A DNA stretch of 64,000 bases, from NCBI RefSeq assembly GCF_046119375.1, contig NW_027362767.1:127410001-127474000 (forward strand), in the 5' to 3' direction. The notes beneath the pieces are model-generated. The model was not told the DNA's origin. It ran no database searches and saw only the letters and a program-made list of their open reading frames with translations. Of the stretch, positions 22,401-34,400 are shown one piece after another; within the stretch, counting starts at the first letter, position 1; each line of letters begins with the position of its first letter. The stretch comes from Phyllobates terribilis (lineage: Eukaryota). The translations under genes were made by a program, and so were the position numbers.

Positions 22401-25400
22401 AATAGCTGCAGAGCAGGAAGTCAGTGTGGTGGAACTTCAGCCAATAGCTGCAGAGCAGGAAGTCAGTGTGGTGGAACTTAAGCCAATAGCTGCAGAGCAG
22501 GAAGTCAGTGTGGTGGAACTTCAGCCAATAGCTGCAGAGCAGGAAGTCAGTGTGATGGAACTTCAGCCAATAGCTGTACCTTTAGTGTACACATTACCAT
22601 GAAGACTTACATTTAATGAACCAGAGTGAAACAATTACTTGACTTTTCATTTCACTCATTTTCAAAAACTTCCATATTATCCAGTTCAGTAAAAGGCAAA
22701 TTTTGGGGGGTTTTGTGTTCATGTGGTTTAAAAAAAAATTTCTCATTTTTTTTACCCTTTTCTTCATGACGCATGAGGCTTAACTTTCATGTTATTTTTA
22801 TATTCCTTTCGTTATTGCTAATATTAAGGGAAAAATGTCAAGAAAAAAAAAGGAAATACATGTCCACTTTTCAATGTATTTTTGTATTCACAAGGGACCA
22901 CGAAAAAACACTGTTAGACATTATTTTTATATATTGGACGTGTTTTTTGTTTTTTTTTATCAAAGGGGGCGTGGAAACAATGATTTGGACTTGGCAGTAC
23001 TTTTTTTCTATTTTGTTAATTTTTTTTCTCTTTTTTCTATTTATATACTTTTTCATATATTTCACACATTACGCCCCACGATAAGGTCACAAGAGACCTT
23101 TGCTTATTTCCCCTGTAACTAGGGCTGGTATATTAATCACAGTTACAGAGAAATTCAGCCTCCTGTTTCAACAGTAGAGCTAACTGGGTCTCTCTCATAT
23201 GATCGCCAGGTCCAGGGGATGAAGCAGTTAGAGCTTCCTATACTGTATACACAGCGCTTGTTCAGAGTGATCAGGAAGGCAGAGATGCTAATTAACCCTT
23301 TCTGCCTTCTCTATGTGGAGTCTGGCTGTGTCTGGCAGATGTCTGCCTGCTCCAATATCATTCAGATGCAACCTCGGTTTGAAGGGATCATTCACATATA
23401 TTGTGCTGTACTTTGTTCGGGATTTTTGGTGCAGATTCTAAAATTTGAAACAAAATTTGCCCTGTCTGAACGTGGCTTAAAGAAGAGAATTCTGTGGATT
23501 TTATTAAATATCTGATACAATAGATCTCCAACTTACAGTTTGGGTTGAAGGCAGTTTATTTCCTAGTTTTACTTCTTTGCAGTCACTGACAGATCTGCGT
23601 TGATTAGAGAGGTCATTATAGCCACTTGCTTCATCCAGAAAAACCTCTTCTGAGAGCTGCGAGGAGCGACAAAGTCATATAATATGGAAATTTTAAAAAT
23701 AAATAAATAATAATAATAAAAAAATAAAATAAAAAAAAATAGATCAAATATAAAAACATACAACTAAAGTACATCTCAGCACATAAATGGTGTCACATTG
23801 CAACCGTAGTTGCAAAAAGTTTAATTTTGTTATGACTTTTTTGTTGACCCCCCTTCACTTGAATCACGCTGCAACATAAAGTGGCTGAAACCAACAACTT
23901 TTGCACATCATCGATGTAATGGCAGCGGGGAGAGAAAGCAGAACATAATATAAACCCAGTGTCTGACCTGCTTTAGGATTTTCTGTACAGCCTCCTCTTC
24001 CGTTTCTTCGTCGCTGTCTGGTAGTTTGAGGTTGTCCAAAGTAACTGAAGATGGTGAAAAATACTGAAAAATTTAACTTTTATACATTCTATGAAAGTAA
24101 TGCTCATTCACTAGGACATTAATGCTGTCAAATACACTGAAAAAGAATAAACTGCAAAGTGATCGATACACTAGAGTCAAAAAGTTGTTTTACATATATA
24201 GTTGTATTATCAATTCTTGAGAAAATCATGATAGTATTGTGACCAATTGCTATTATTAATCATGGATATGAGGAGTGGTGCATCCATTCATGTATAGCAG
24301 TCTATTTCTCATACTTCTACACTATACACTAGAGGGAGGAGTCGAGTTCTTCATTTATTAGAATATATATCATGTTTTTTGGACAATAACATGCACTTTT
24401 TAGCAAGAAAAAAAACCTTGCTAAAAAGTGTGTGCGTCTTATAGTCCAGAGGGAGGCAGCTTCCTATGATAGAAAAAAGAGCGCTGACACAGCATCCTTC
24501 CTGATCATTGATATTAAATCGGTCTAATCGGTGCAGGGCAGGAGAGAAAACTACCAAGATCTGCACATAACTAAAGCTGGATGTTCAGGTTATATGATCA
24601 GTCACATGCCTAGAAGGAACTGTAAAATATGTTAGTATGTGTGTGTAAATGTAGGAGAGTTTTGCGCATGTAGCAGAGCTGTGCGTACGTAGCAACGCTG
24701 TTTGAATATACAGCAGAACTGAGTGTGCATGTACTTTGCAGCAGTGTTGTGTATATGTGTGTACTGCAGAGCTGTGTGCATGTTCATGTAGCTGAGATTT
24801 TGGGGTGTGTGCAGATAGCAGAGCTGTGTGTATATAAACAGTAAAGCTGTGTGTGTATTTACTATGAATGCATTAGTGTTTTGTATATGCATGCGCTGCA
24901 GAGCTGTGTGCGTGCATATGTAGCATAGTTGTGTGTGTATACACAGCAGAGCTGAGTATGTATATAAAATACAGGGTTGCGTGTGTCTGTACTGTACACA
25001 CAGCAGTGTTTTATATATGTGTGCACTGCAGAAAGTATATATAATTTATTGCTTGTAAAGTGAAATGTGTATAATCCACATGCTGCAGAGAAACACTAAC
25101 AATAGATCTGTTGTCTATTGCCTCCATATTCTACCCTAGTGTTTTAAAATTAGTGATATTGACACCTCCACTTTACACGGCCAGCGAAGTTTTAAATCAG
25201 CAGGAAAAATGTTTTTTTCTATTTTCTGCTCTCTAAATCTGGAGTGCATCTTATAGTGAACTGCATCTTATGGTCTAAAAAAATACAGTATATAATAGTT
25301 GTAAAAAAAATAAATAAAAATGTAAAAATGTCTGTGTTCATCATCAGAAATGCTGCTCCAAGTAACATTTCCGACGTACAGAACGCTGACACTTCTGATG

Positions 25401-28400
25401 AATTGGATTGGCAGGTGTAGCCAAGTCAAACTTGGTTCAAAATGGCAAAATTCACACAATTTTGAGCAAATTTGCATGGCGCAAAGAGTTTGGAACTTTT
25501 TAAAGCTCTTACACCACATTTCTGGCATAAAAGCTTTGATGAATAGCCCTCAATATCCTCAATTCATCAAACAGTTTTTGGCAGAAATCTGGCTTAAAAC
25601 TGGTTGATGTGTTGCACAATTTTTGCTGCTTTTGGTAATTTTATGCCAGTACCGGCCAGCCCCTCTAATTTTTTGAAAAGTGGGTGGACCTTAGCGGGTA
25701 AGGGCATAAAGTGGCGTTAATGCAGACACATTCACTCCGTTGTTGACTGGAGTGTATTTGTCGCGTTGGTGTGAGCGCCAGCTTGCCAGTGCGCCACAAT
25801 CATTAAAGGGTTATTCCCATCTTCACAGACGGATATTGTCGGATAGAGCTTATAAATACAAGCACTTTTGTAATTTACTGCTTATTAAAATTTCCAGCAG
25901 TTCTTGATATCTACAGCTTCACAATGGCACTTCCAAGCTCAATAAAATAAAAAAAAAGCTTGTAAGCACTGCACATGTTCTGCTGTCTACTAGCAGCGGT
26001 GGTCGGTCTCCAAAGCAACAAGCTGTAAACAAAAGAACAGTGTTAATATCTGAAGATAAAGTAAAAATGCTAAATCCACTATACAATCATTTATTAATTG
26101 TAACTGGAATACCCCTTAAAAGAGGATCCGTCACCAGGTTAATAGTGGCCAGTTTTTGCTCTTATTTTATTCCAGCTGTTCCCCTGAGTTTTCAGGTTTT
26201 TTTTTTTTTCTTAATCCACCATACGGTTCCAGAGATATGGGCCTTTTTATTTAGTGCTACTATTTATGGTCTTTACAAGGGGGCATGGCTCATGGGGGTA
26301 ATTATGCAGAGCAGCCTAAAGACACGCCCCCAAGGAACCCTGTGAGCCACGCCCCGAAGAAAGAATGACAATTAGCACTAAATAAAAAGGCCCGTATCTC
26401 TGGAACCGTATGGCGGATTAAGAAGAAACAAAAAACTGAAGACTCAGGGAAACAGCTGGAATAAAATAAGTGCAAAAATTGCTCACTTTTGACCTGTTGA
26501 CAGAGCCCCTTTAAGGCTGTGAGACGGTAAAGATAACGGACTGCTGGGTTCCATATAGTGTTTTCAGACATCTGCTGGTCAGTACCGAAAGCTTAATTTC
26601 TGGGACTTTACATATGTTAGCGCTTTATGGAATGGTAATAAATAATAATTAATTGAACTCGAGGACATAGCTCGTCGTTCTGATCCATCCTTCCATGGAA
26701 GTATTGGTAAGGTCTTCTATACGCGGCTGAACTTGAGAACCTCCATGAAACTTGAGAGCTCCTTTCTGCTCTCCGCAAGCCTGATGTCACCGTAATTAGA
26801 GATCCACCTACTCTAATACAGCAACCGAGATGGAAAAAACAATGGCGGATACATTTACTAGAGTGGGAAGCTACGAAAATGTATTTTTGCTTCAGAGCAA
26901 CCACTGTTCAAGGAGGATTCCTAAAAATCGACAAAGGGACCCCCTGTTCTGCTTTAAAATCCAAGGAATCAGCAAATATGGCCAGTATCAGAAAATTATA
27001 CCTGATTATTGCACCTTATGGCAGGTCTGTCAGTAATTTCACAATACAATCTGCATACATTATTAAATAAATCTTCTATACCTGATGAGTCTAGTGTGCT
27101 TACCATGGAAACGCATGTCAGCTTGGTTGAATAATCAGATATGAAAGTTTAAACTCAATCTCTACCCACCTAGCCTGATAGACTGCTCCTCAGTAGCCCT
27201 CCACACTGCTGACACCTCACACTGATCAGTACAAACTGCAGCTGAAAGTCAAACGTTGGGTTGGCTTAGACTGAATACACGGATCAGCTCTCTCAAGCCT
27301 GTCACTTGCTCAAAAAATTCCTAAGATCCCCTGATTCTGCAGCTCTTTTCAATTTTGCGCTGCGTCGCTGCATTACAGAGATATTCACATTTGTTGCATT
27401 TGGAGAGCAGAATGTGAAATCTCTGCTTGCAGAACTGGGTGTTTCTTCAGAGTCTTCTCTGGGGGTGTGCGCTTTCACCCCTCCCTCCCAGATGCTGCCA
27501 ATCACAGTTTAGCAGTGTCTGACACTGCTAGATCAGCTGCTGAGCTGTGATTGGCAGCGTCTGGGAAGGAGGGGAGAAAATGCACGCCCTCAGAAAAGAC
27601 TCTGAAGAACGACCAGTCGGTCTGCAAGCAGAGATTTCACATACTGCACTCCAAAACAAATGTGAATATCTCTGCAATAGAGTGACACAGAGCAAAACTA
27701 AAAAGAGCGGCAGAATCAGGGGAGCTCAGGGATTTTTACGAGGTATTTAAGGTACTTTTTTGAGCAAGTGACAGGTCCTCTTTAAACTGAATTTTTTTAA
27801 AAATGCTCGTTTTAATAAGATTATTAAGCCGGACATGCATTGACATAGTAACTGCCCAAGCCCCATCAGGTCTAAAGTAACTATATAATAATGCAACTTA
27901 TGTTATTAAATCTGGTGACACAACCGCTTTAAAAGGACTTTTCTTACTAACAACAGGATAGATGATAAATGAATGTTCACTTGGGCGTCAGACAGCTGTC
28001 CTCAATTGATCCGCAGAAAGGGGGCCCCTAAGCCCCTGTGTGATTGGAGCGGTGGTGTGCATATGTAACCACCAGTCCATTAATTTCTATGAGAGTGATG
28101 GGAATAGGCACACTGTCAGTCCATAGAAGTGAATGGAGCAGTGCCGCTGGAGAGGAGGGGGCTGGGCAAGTGAGGAATGATCATCTTATCCTTTTATAGT
28201 ATCTAATTTTGCTCAGCTTGGACAATCCCTGTTTAAAGGGACAAGGTATCTGACAAAAGTGCCGATCTATAGAAGTGTATGTAAGCACCTTTCTCTGGAT
28301 CTCTGCCTTCTAAAGCCGCCAGCCTCTTTGCTATCTCCAGCATTTTCTCCTGCCTTGTATTCTCATCTTGTAGTTCTGTTGCTGCTTCACGCAAAATCTT

Positions 28401-31400
28401 GTCTTTTTCCCTTTCCAGTTCTGCCGCATCCAATTCTGTATGAAAGCTCGTCCAGTTGTCCACATGATTGGCTTTACTCAGGTCATTAATGGATGGAGAA
28501 GATCCTGGAAGTGACATTATCAAATGCAGAAAACAAAATACTCATCTGTACATATAAGTATTATCAACAGTACAAATGGCAGAAGTTTTTTTTTTTTTTT
28601 TTTTTAAACCAACTACCATTTTATGGTAACTAAACATTTTCTGGACACTGAAAAATTATACAGTTTTGTAATATACACTGCTCAAAAAAAATAAAGGTAA
28701 CACTTAAACAACAGAATATAACTCCAAGTAAATCAAACTTCTGTGAAATCAATCTGTCCACTTAGGAAGCAACACTGATTGACATTCAATATCACATGCT
28801 GTTGTGCAAATGGAATAGACAATAGATGGAAATTATTGGCAATTATCAAGACACCCTCAATAAAGGAGTGTTTTTTCAGGTGGGGCCCACAGACTACATC
28901 TCAGTACCAATGCTTTCTGGCTGATGTTTTGGTCGCTTTTGAATGTTGGTTGTACTTTCACACTCATGGTAGCATGAGACGGACTCTACAACCCACAGAA
29001 GTTGCTCAGGTAGTGCAGCTCGTCCAGGATGGCACATCAATGCGAGCTGTGGCAAGAAGGTTTGCTGTGTCTGTCAGCGTAGTGTCCAGAGGCTGGAGGC
29101 GCTACCAGGAGACAGGCCAGTACACCAGGAGACGTGGAGGGGGCCGTAGGAGGGCAACAACCCAGCAGCAGGACAGTAACCTCCGCCTTTGTGCAAGGAG
29201 GAACAGGAGGAGCACTGCCAGAGCCCTGCAAAATGACCTCCAGCAGGCCACAAATGTGCATGTGTCTGCACAAACGGTTAGAAACCGACTCCATGAGGGT
29301 GGTATGAGGGCCCGACGTCCACAGATGGGGGTTGTGCTCACAGCCCAACACCGTGCAGGACGCTTGGCATTTGCCACAGAACATCAGGATTGGCAAAGTC
29401 ACCACTGGCGCCCTGTGCTCTTCACAGATGAAAGCAGGTTCACTCTGAGCACATGTGACAAGACGTGACAGAGTCTGGAGACGCCGTGGAGAGCGATCTG
29501 CTGCCTGCAACATCCTTCAGCATGACCGATTTGGCAGTGGGTCAGTAATGGTGTGGGGTGGCATTTCTTTGGAGGGCCACACAGCCCTCCATGTGCTCGC
29601 CAGAGGTAGCCTGACTGCCGTTAGGTACGGAGATGAGATCCTCAGACCCCTTGTGAGACCATATGCTGGTGCAGTTGGCCCTGGGTTCCTCCTAATACAG
29701 GACAATGCCAGACCTCATGTGGCTGGAGTGTGTCAGCAGTTCCTGCAAGATGAAGGCATTGAAGCTATGGACTGGCCCGCCCGTTCCCCAGACCTGAATC
29801 CGATTGAGCACCTCTGGGACATCATGTTTCGTTCCATCCACCGTCACGTTGCACCACAGACTGTCCAGGAGTTGGTGGATGCTTTAGTCCAGGTCTGGGA
29901 GGAGATCCCACTGGAGACCATCCGCAACCTCATCAGGAACATGCCCAGGCGTTGTAGGGAGGTCATACAGGCACGTGGAGGCCACACACAATACTCAGCC
30001 TCATCAGGAGCATGCCCAGGCGTTGTAGGGAGGTCATACAGGCACGTGGAGGCCACACACAATACTCAGCCTCATCAGGAGCATGCCCAGGCGTTGTAGG
30101 GAGGTCATACAGGCACGTGGAGGCCACACACAATACTGAGCCTCATCAGGAGCATGCCCAGGCGTTGTAGGGAGGTCATACAGGCACGTGGAGGCCACAC
30201 ACAATACTCAGCCTCATCAGGAGCATGCCCAGGCGTTGTAGGGAGGTCATACAGGCACGTGGAGGCCACACACAATACTCAGCCTCATCAGGAGCATGCC
30301 CAGGAGTTGTAGGGAGGTCATACAGGCACGTGGAGGCCACACACAATACTGAGCCTCATTTTGACTTGTTTTAAGGACATTACATCAAAGTTGGATCAGC
30401 CTGTAGTGTGTTTTTCCACTTTAATTTTGGGGGTGACTCCAAATCCAGGCCTCCATTGGTTAATAAATTTGATTTCCATTGATGATTTTTGTGTGATTTT
30501 GTTGTCAGTACATTCAGCTTTGTACAGAACAAAGTATTCAATGAGAATATTTCATTCATTCAGATCTAGGATGTGTTATTTGAGCGTTCTTTTATTTTTT
30601 TGAGCAGTGTATTTCATTCTCCTTTAGAAGCTGCTTTCAACTGCTGCTCAGAAAGATACATATAATATTTTCAAACAGTCTGTTCACGGAGTGGGGAGCA
30701 GAGAAGCTCCGACAGGTAAAGTCTTGTACACAGACAGCGTGAATATAGTGTACTGATTTTGCCGAGCAGCAGTTAAAAGCAATTTTTAAAGAAGCATGAA
30801 TTGGACAATGAGAGAGAACTGCAACAGAGACTTGGAGAGAAGGAAGCAAAATATAGTAATTAAGTATATTACAAAAATTCATAACTTTGTAATGTCCAGA
30901 GAATTAATAATATGCCAATCCTATTTAGCATCTGTAGAACATAACATGGGCAGATATAGCAAGTACTAGCTCTGCCTATTGGGAGGATAGAGTCATTACT
31001 GCCTATTCTTTATTCTCTAAATGAGCTAAACCACCGTAAGTCATCTTCTTCATCATAGGCTTATTAGAACTGTGTGACAGGCCTGTCCAATAATCATCAG
31101 TAACTGTGATCAAAGTTTGCGTCCTTTCTTTTCCTGCATGAAAAGTCATTAGTAAATAAAATTAGAAAAAAAATGTAAAAAAAGTAGTTTACTCTTTACA
31201 GGGAACCTGTCACCATGAAAATGCAGTCCAATCAGCATGCAGCTTGTTATAGAGCCAGGGGAGATTCCACTGATAGTGACACTTGTCAAGGCCTTGTTCT
31301 CGAGGTATAAGCAGGTCCCATTGGTGGGATCCACATTTACTATACATTTATGGCATATCATGTGGCTATGCATAAATATACGAGATAGGAGTACCCCTTT

Positions 31401-34400
31401 AACACCAGACATGTTGCATGTTATAGGGTCACGGTCATTTCAAATATTTTTGGACAAGTCACAGAGACATGTTAGAAGTAGTGATTAAAGGGATCATGCT
31501 CACTTTACTAATAAGTGCTGTACCCATTCAGCTTTCCCTTACAGAGGTGAGACCCTTTAATGTACTTGTAAATAGTGAATGTGCTGTGGACATTATGCCC
31601 ATTGCATAGGGCCTGAATTAATGTATTCAAAGGGGTTTTCCATTTTTGAGGACAATTTATTTAAATGCATGTATTTTGGGCTAAAATTGATTTTTGCAAT
31701 TGGGTTTCATTAAAAATGCTGCATTATTTGCCTTCTACAGCCTCTGTGTTGCACTGTTTATTACTGGCTGCAGAATGAGTTAACTGAGAATCTGTCAGTG
31801 AGCTCATTCAGATAGTCTTAAAGAGTTTTTAGATTTTTCCTTAAAAAAAAACAGAAAAAAAAAGTACAAAAACTCCACTATATGTTCTGTGCTAGAAACA
31901 AATGCTGGATTCTCATTCTTGGATTATACAAAGCTGGATTTGAAGGAATTTCAACATTTTATGTAGAAGTCAACCGTACATTCATACAGTATATACACAT
32001 TATTTTTACTCCATGAGTGTATATTTAATTTTCTTTGTAAGTACCTCGAGCATCCGGGTCACAATTTTGATCTATGGCTACCTCATCTTTCAGTTGGGTT
32101 AGAAGGTCATTAACTTTTTGCGTCTGGCTTCTGACATCAGGTGGTTGATGTTGCTACAAATTGGAAAAAATAAAAAATAAATACATATGTGAAAAATAAA
32201 AGTAATGAAATAAAATTGAAAGTTTTTATAGAGATCTATGCTTCATTCAGATGTACCAAAACTTCTGATAGACTATTCCAAACAAACTCCTCCCGCAGGG
32301 AAGGGAGACACAAACTTCGTTCACAGTTACTAATGATTACTGCACAGCCCTTTCGAACAGTTCAAATGAACCTAGAACGAAGAGGATTGAGGATATCTTA
32401 ACTTATTTATAGAATATACAACGGAGGATAATCCTTCTGTCCTCCCACTACTCGGCTGGCTCGGACCACCCATGTAATGCTTAGCTGAGGCATTGTGGGA
32501 TTGGAAGCACAGCACGGAGGAGGAGAAGGAGTGGGATCTACAATTCAAGAGGACGTCAGATAGGAAGTAGACAGGAGACAGAATTGCAGGGAAGTGAGCA
32601 CAATATCAGTAAGTAGACGATCACAAAAGATTACTACCGGCCTGGCTGCTGTAGATGGCGGAGCCCTCCCTTGTAGCGCGGCCAGCCGATCCTCCATCTC
32701 TTGTAAGGAAGGGGCACGCGCTTGGGTTTCCTTCCGTAAAGCCTCCATCCTGGACTCTATTTCAGCCGTGGAGGCGACAGATCCTATAAAATGTGAAAAG
32801 AGTAGATCCGTCATATGTAGGCAAATTCTGCCATGATGGTTAGTCTGAGAAGTGCTCTCCATTGTCACAGCTTTACATTCATCATCCACAGCAAAGATTC
32901 ATTCTAGCTGCACAATTACACAGAAATTATACTTAAAGGAACACTCTGCACAAAACGTAATTTTCATCTCTGGCTATGAGAATCTCGTCCGCCATGAGCA
33001 TCACGTCTGCCATAAGCATCACGTCCGCCATAAGCGCCATGCCGGAAGCGACAACTTGATGAAAGATCACAGCCTGTTACAGACATGTCTCAAATGTGGA
33101 TACAGGAGCTTTTCTTCATGTTATCACCTCTCACTAGTCAGCTACGACGCTTTCTGGCTTTTACATTTCGAAAACGATAGGGGGAGTTGTATTTTTTTTT
33201 TAAAGGGATGTAGGGGGTGTATTTTTTTAAGGGATGTAGGGGGTGTATTTTTTTAAGGGATGTAGGGGGTGTATTTTTTTAAGGGATGTAGGGGGGATAT
33301 TTTTTAAGGCATGTAGGGGTTGTATTTTTTAATAAATGTAGGGGTGTATTTTTTTAAGGGATGTATTTTTATTTTTTAATATGAAAAGAGTATTAAGACA
33401 AACCTAATAACCCTGCATATCAATAAATTAACCCTTTATTAGCCATCTAGGTCACAGAGATCTTTGATGCCTTCCCTTCTGGTAACTATGTGAATATTTC
33501 TGCATGGAAACCCCGGCCCACTCCTTACACCTCACATACACAGTTCAGGATAGGCTGACTTGTAGACACCTTTTCTATGCATTTTTTTTTTATTAAGCTT
33601 TGATGCAAAATTGTATAAAGGCATCCATGATTATAAAGTGCTGGGTAGCTTATACCGTTAGGGCCTCATTTATCAAAAAGTGTCTGTTACCCATAGCGAC
33701 CAATCACAGAGGAGCTTTCATTTCATAAACTGCTGTGGGAAAATGAAAGCTGCGTTGTGATTGGTTGCTTGGCTGATAAGTGAATTTTCCTTAGGCCCTT
33801 TGAATATCTGCCTAGTTTCTACTTTTTCAGAAAAAGACAATTATAACATGGATCTTAAAATTCAGGGCTTTCTTAAGCAAAACGTGTCCTAGAAGTGAAA
33901 GGGTTAATAATGTAGATTTTACTCTAATTGATTTTGTCAAAATGTGTCATTTTCTTAACATAACACCTACAAACAATTAGATTCATGAATGTAAGCCTAC
34001 TCACTAGGTTTAGTGTCCTGCTTGAGTTTTGCCAGTCTTTCCGAAATCGCCTGGTCCTCTGGTGACAACCCCTGATACCTGGTCTTGTTTCCAGCAGATA
34101 AAGCCTCTTGAGCTCTTGGCGTGTCTTTTTGCTGGCTTTGCTTGGCTTCCAAGGCTGCTATTCTCCTGAAATAAAAAATAAATAAAAAAAATGTTTGTTT
34201 TTTTTTATACTCGGCAACATACAAATGAGGAAAAAAAAATAATATAAGGAAAAATCCAAAGCTACAGCCTGATCATGTAAAATTAGACTCTGTTTAAGGA
34301 GGACCTGTCACCAGAGTGGTATAAAATAGCAAACTGAGCCGTACCCATTTTACTGATTCCTCGCTGCTCCCGTGAGGCCGGCAGCGATGGCATTTTGACA

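Noticed and set aside
14396-22576. CRISPR-like appearance of the 26-44-bp periodic arrays
   Set aside because: Units are contiguous with no unique spacers, there are no cas genes, and the context is eukaryotic.
21922-22602. 226-aa protein of 14-aa repeats ([14 protein letters not shown])
   Set aside because: GTG start, open only because the unit is 42 bp, intronic and antisense to ZFYVE19, with no flanking exons.
27082-27122. Second hammerhead-like motif CTGATGAG...GAAACGCATGTC on the + strand
   Set aside because: The stem II closing pair (G-G) and first stem I pair (C-A) are broken; at most a decayed relic.
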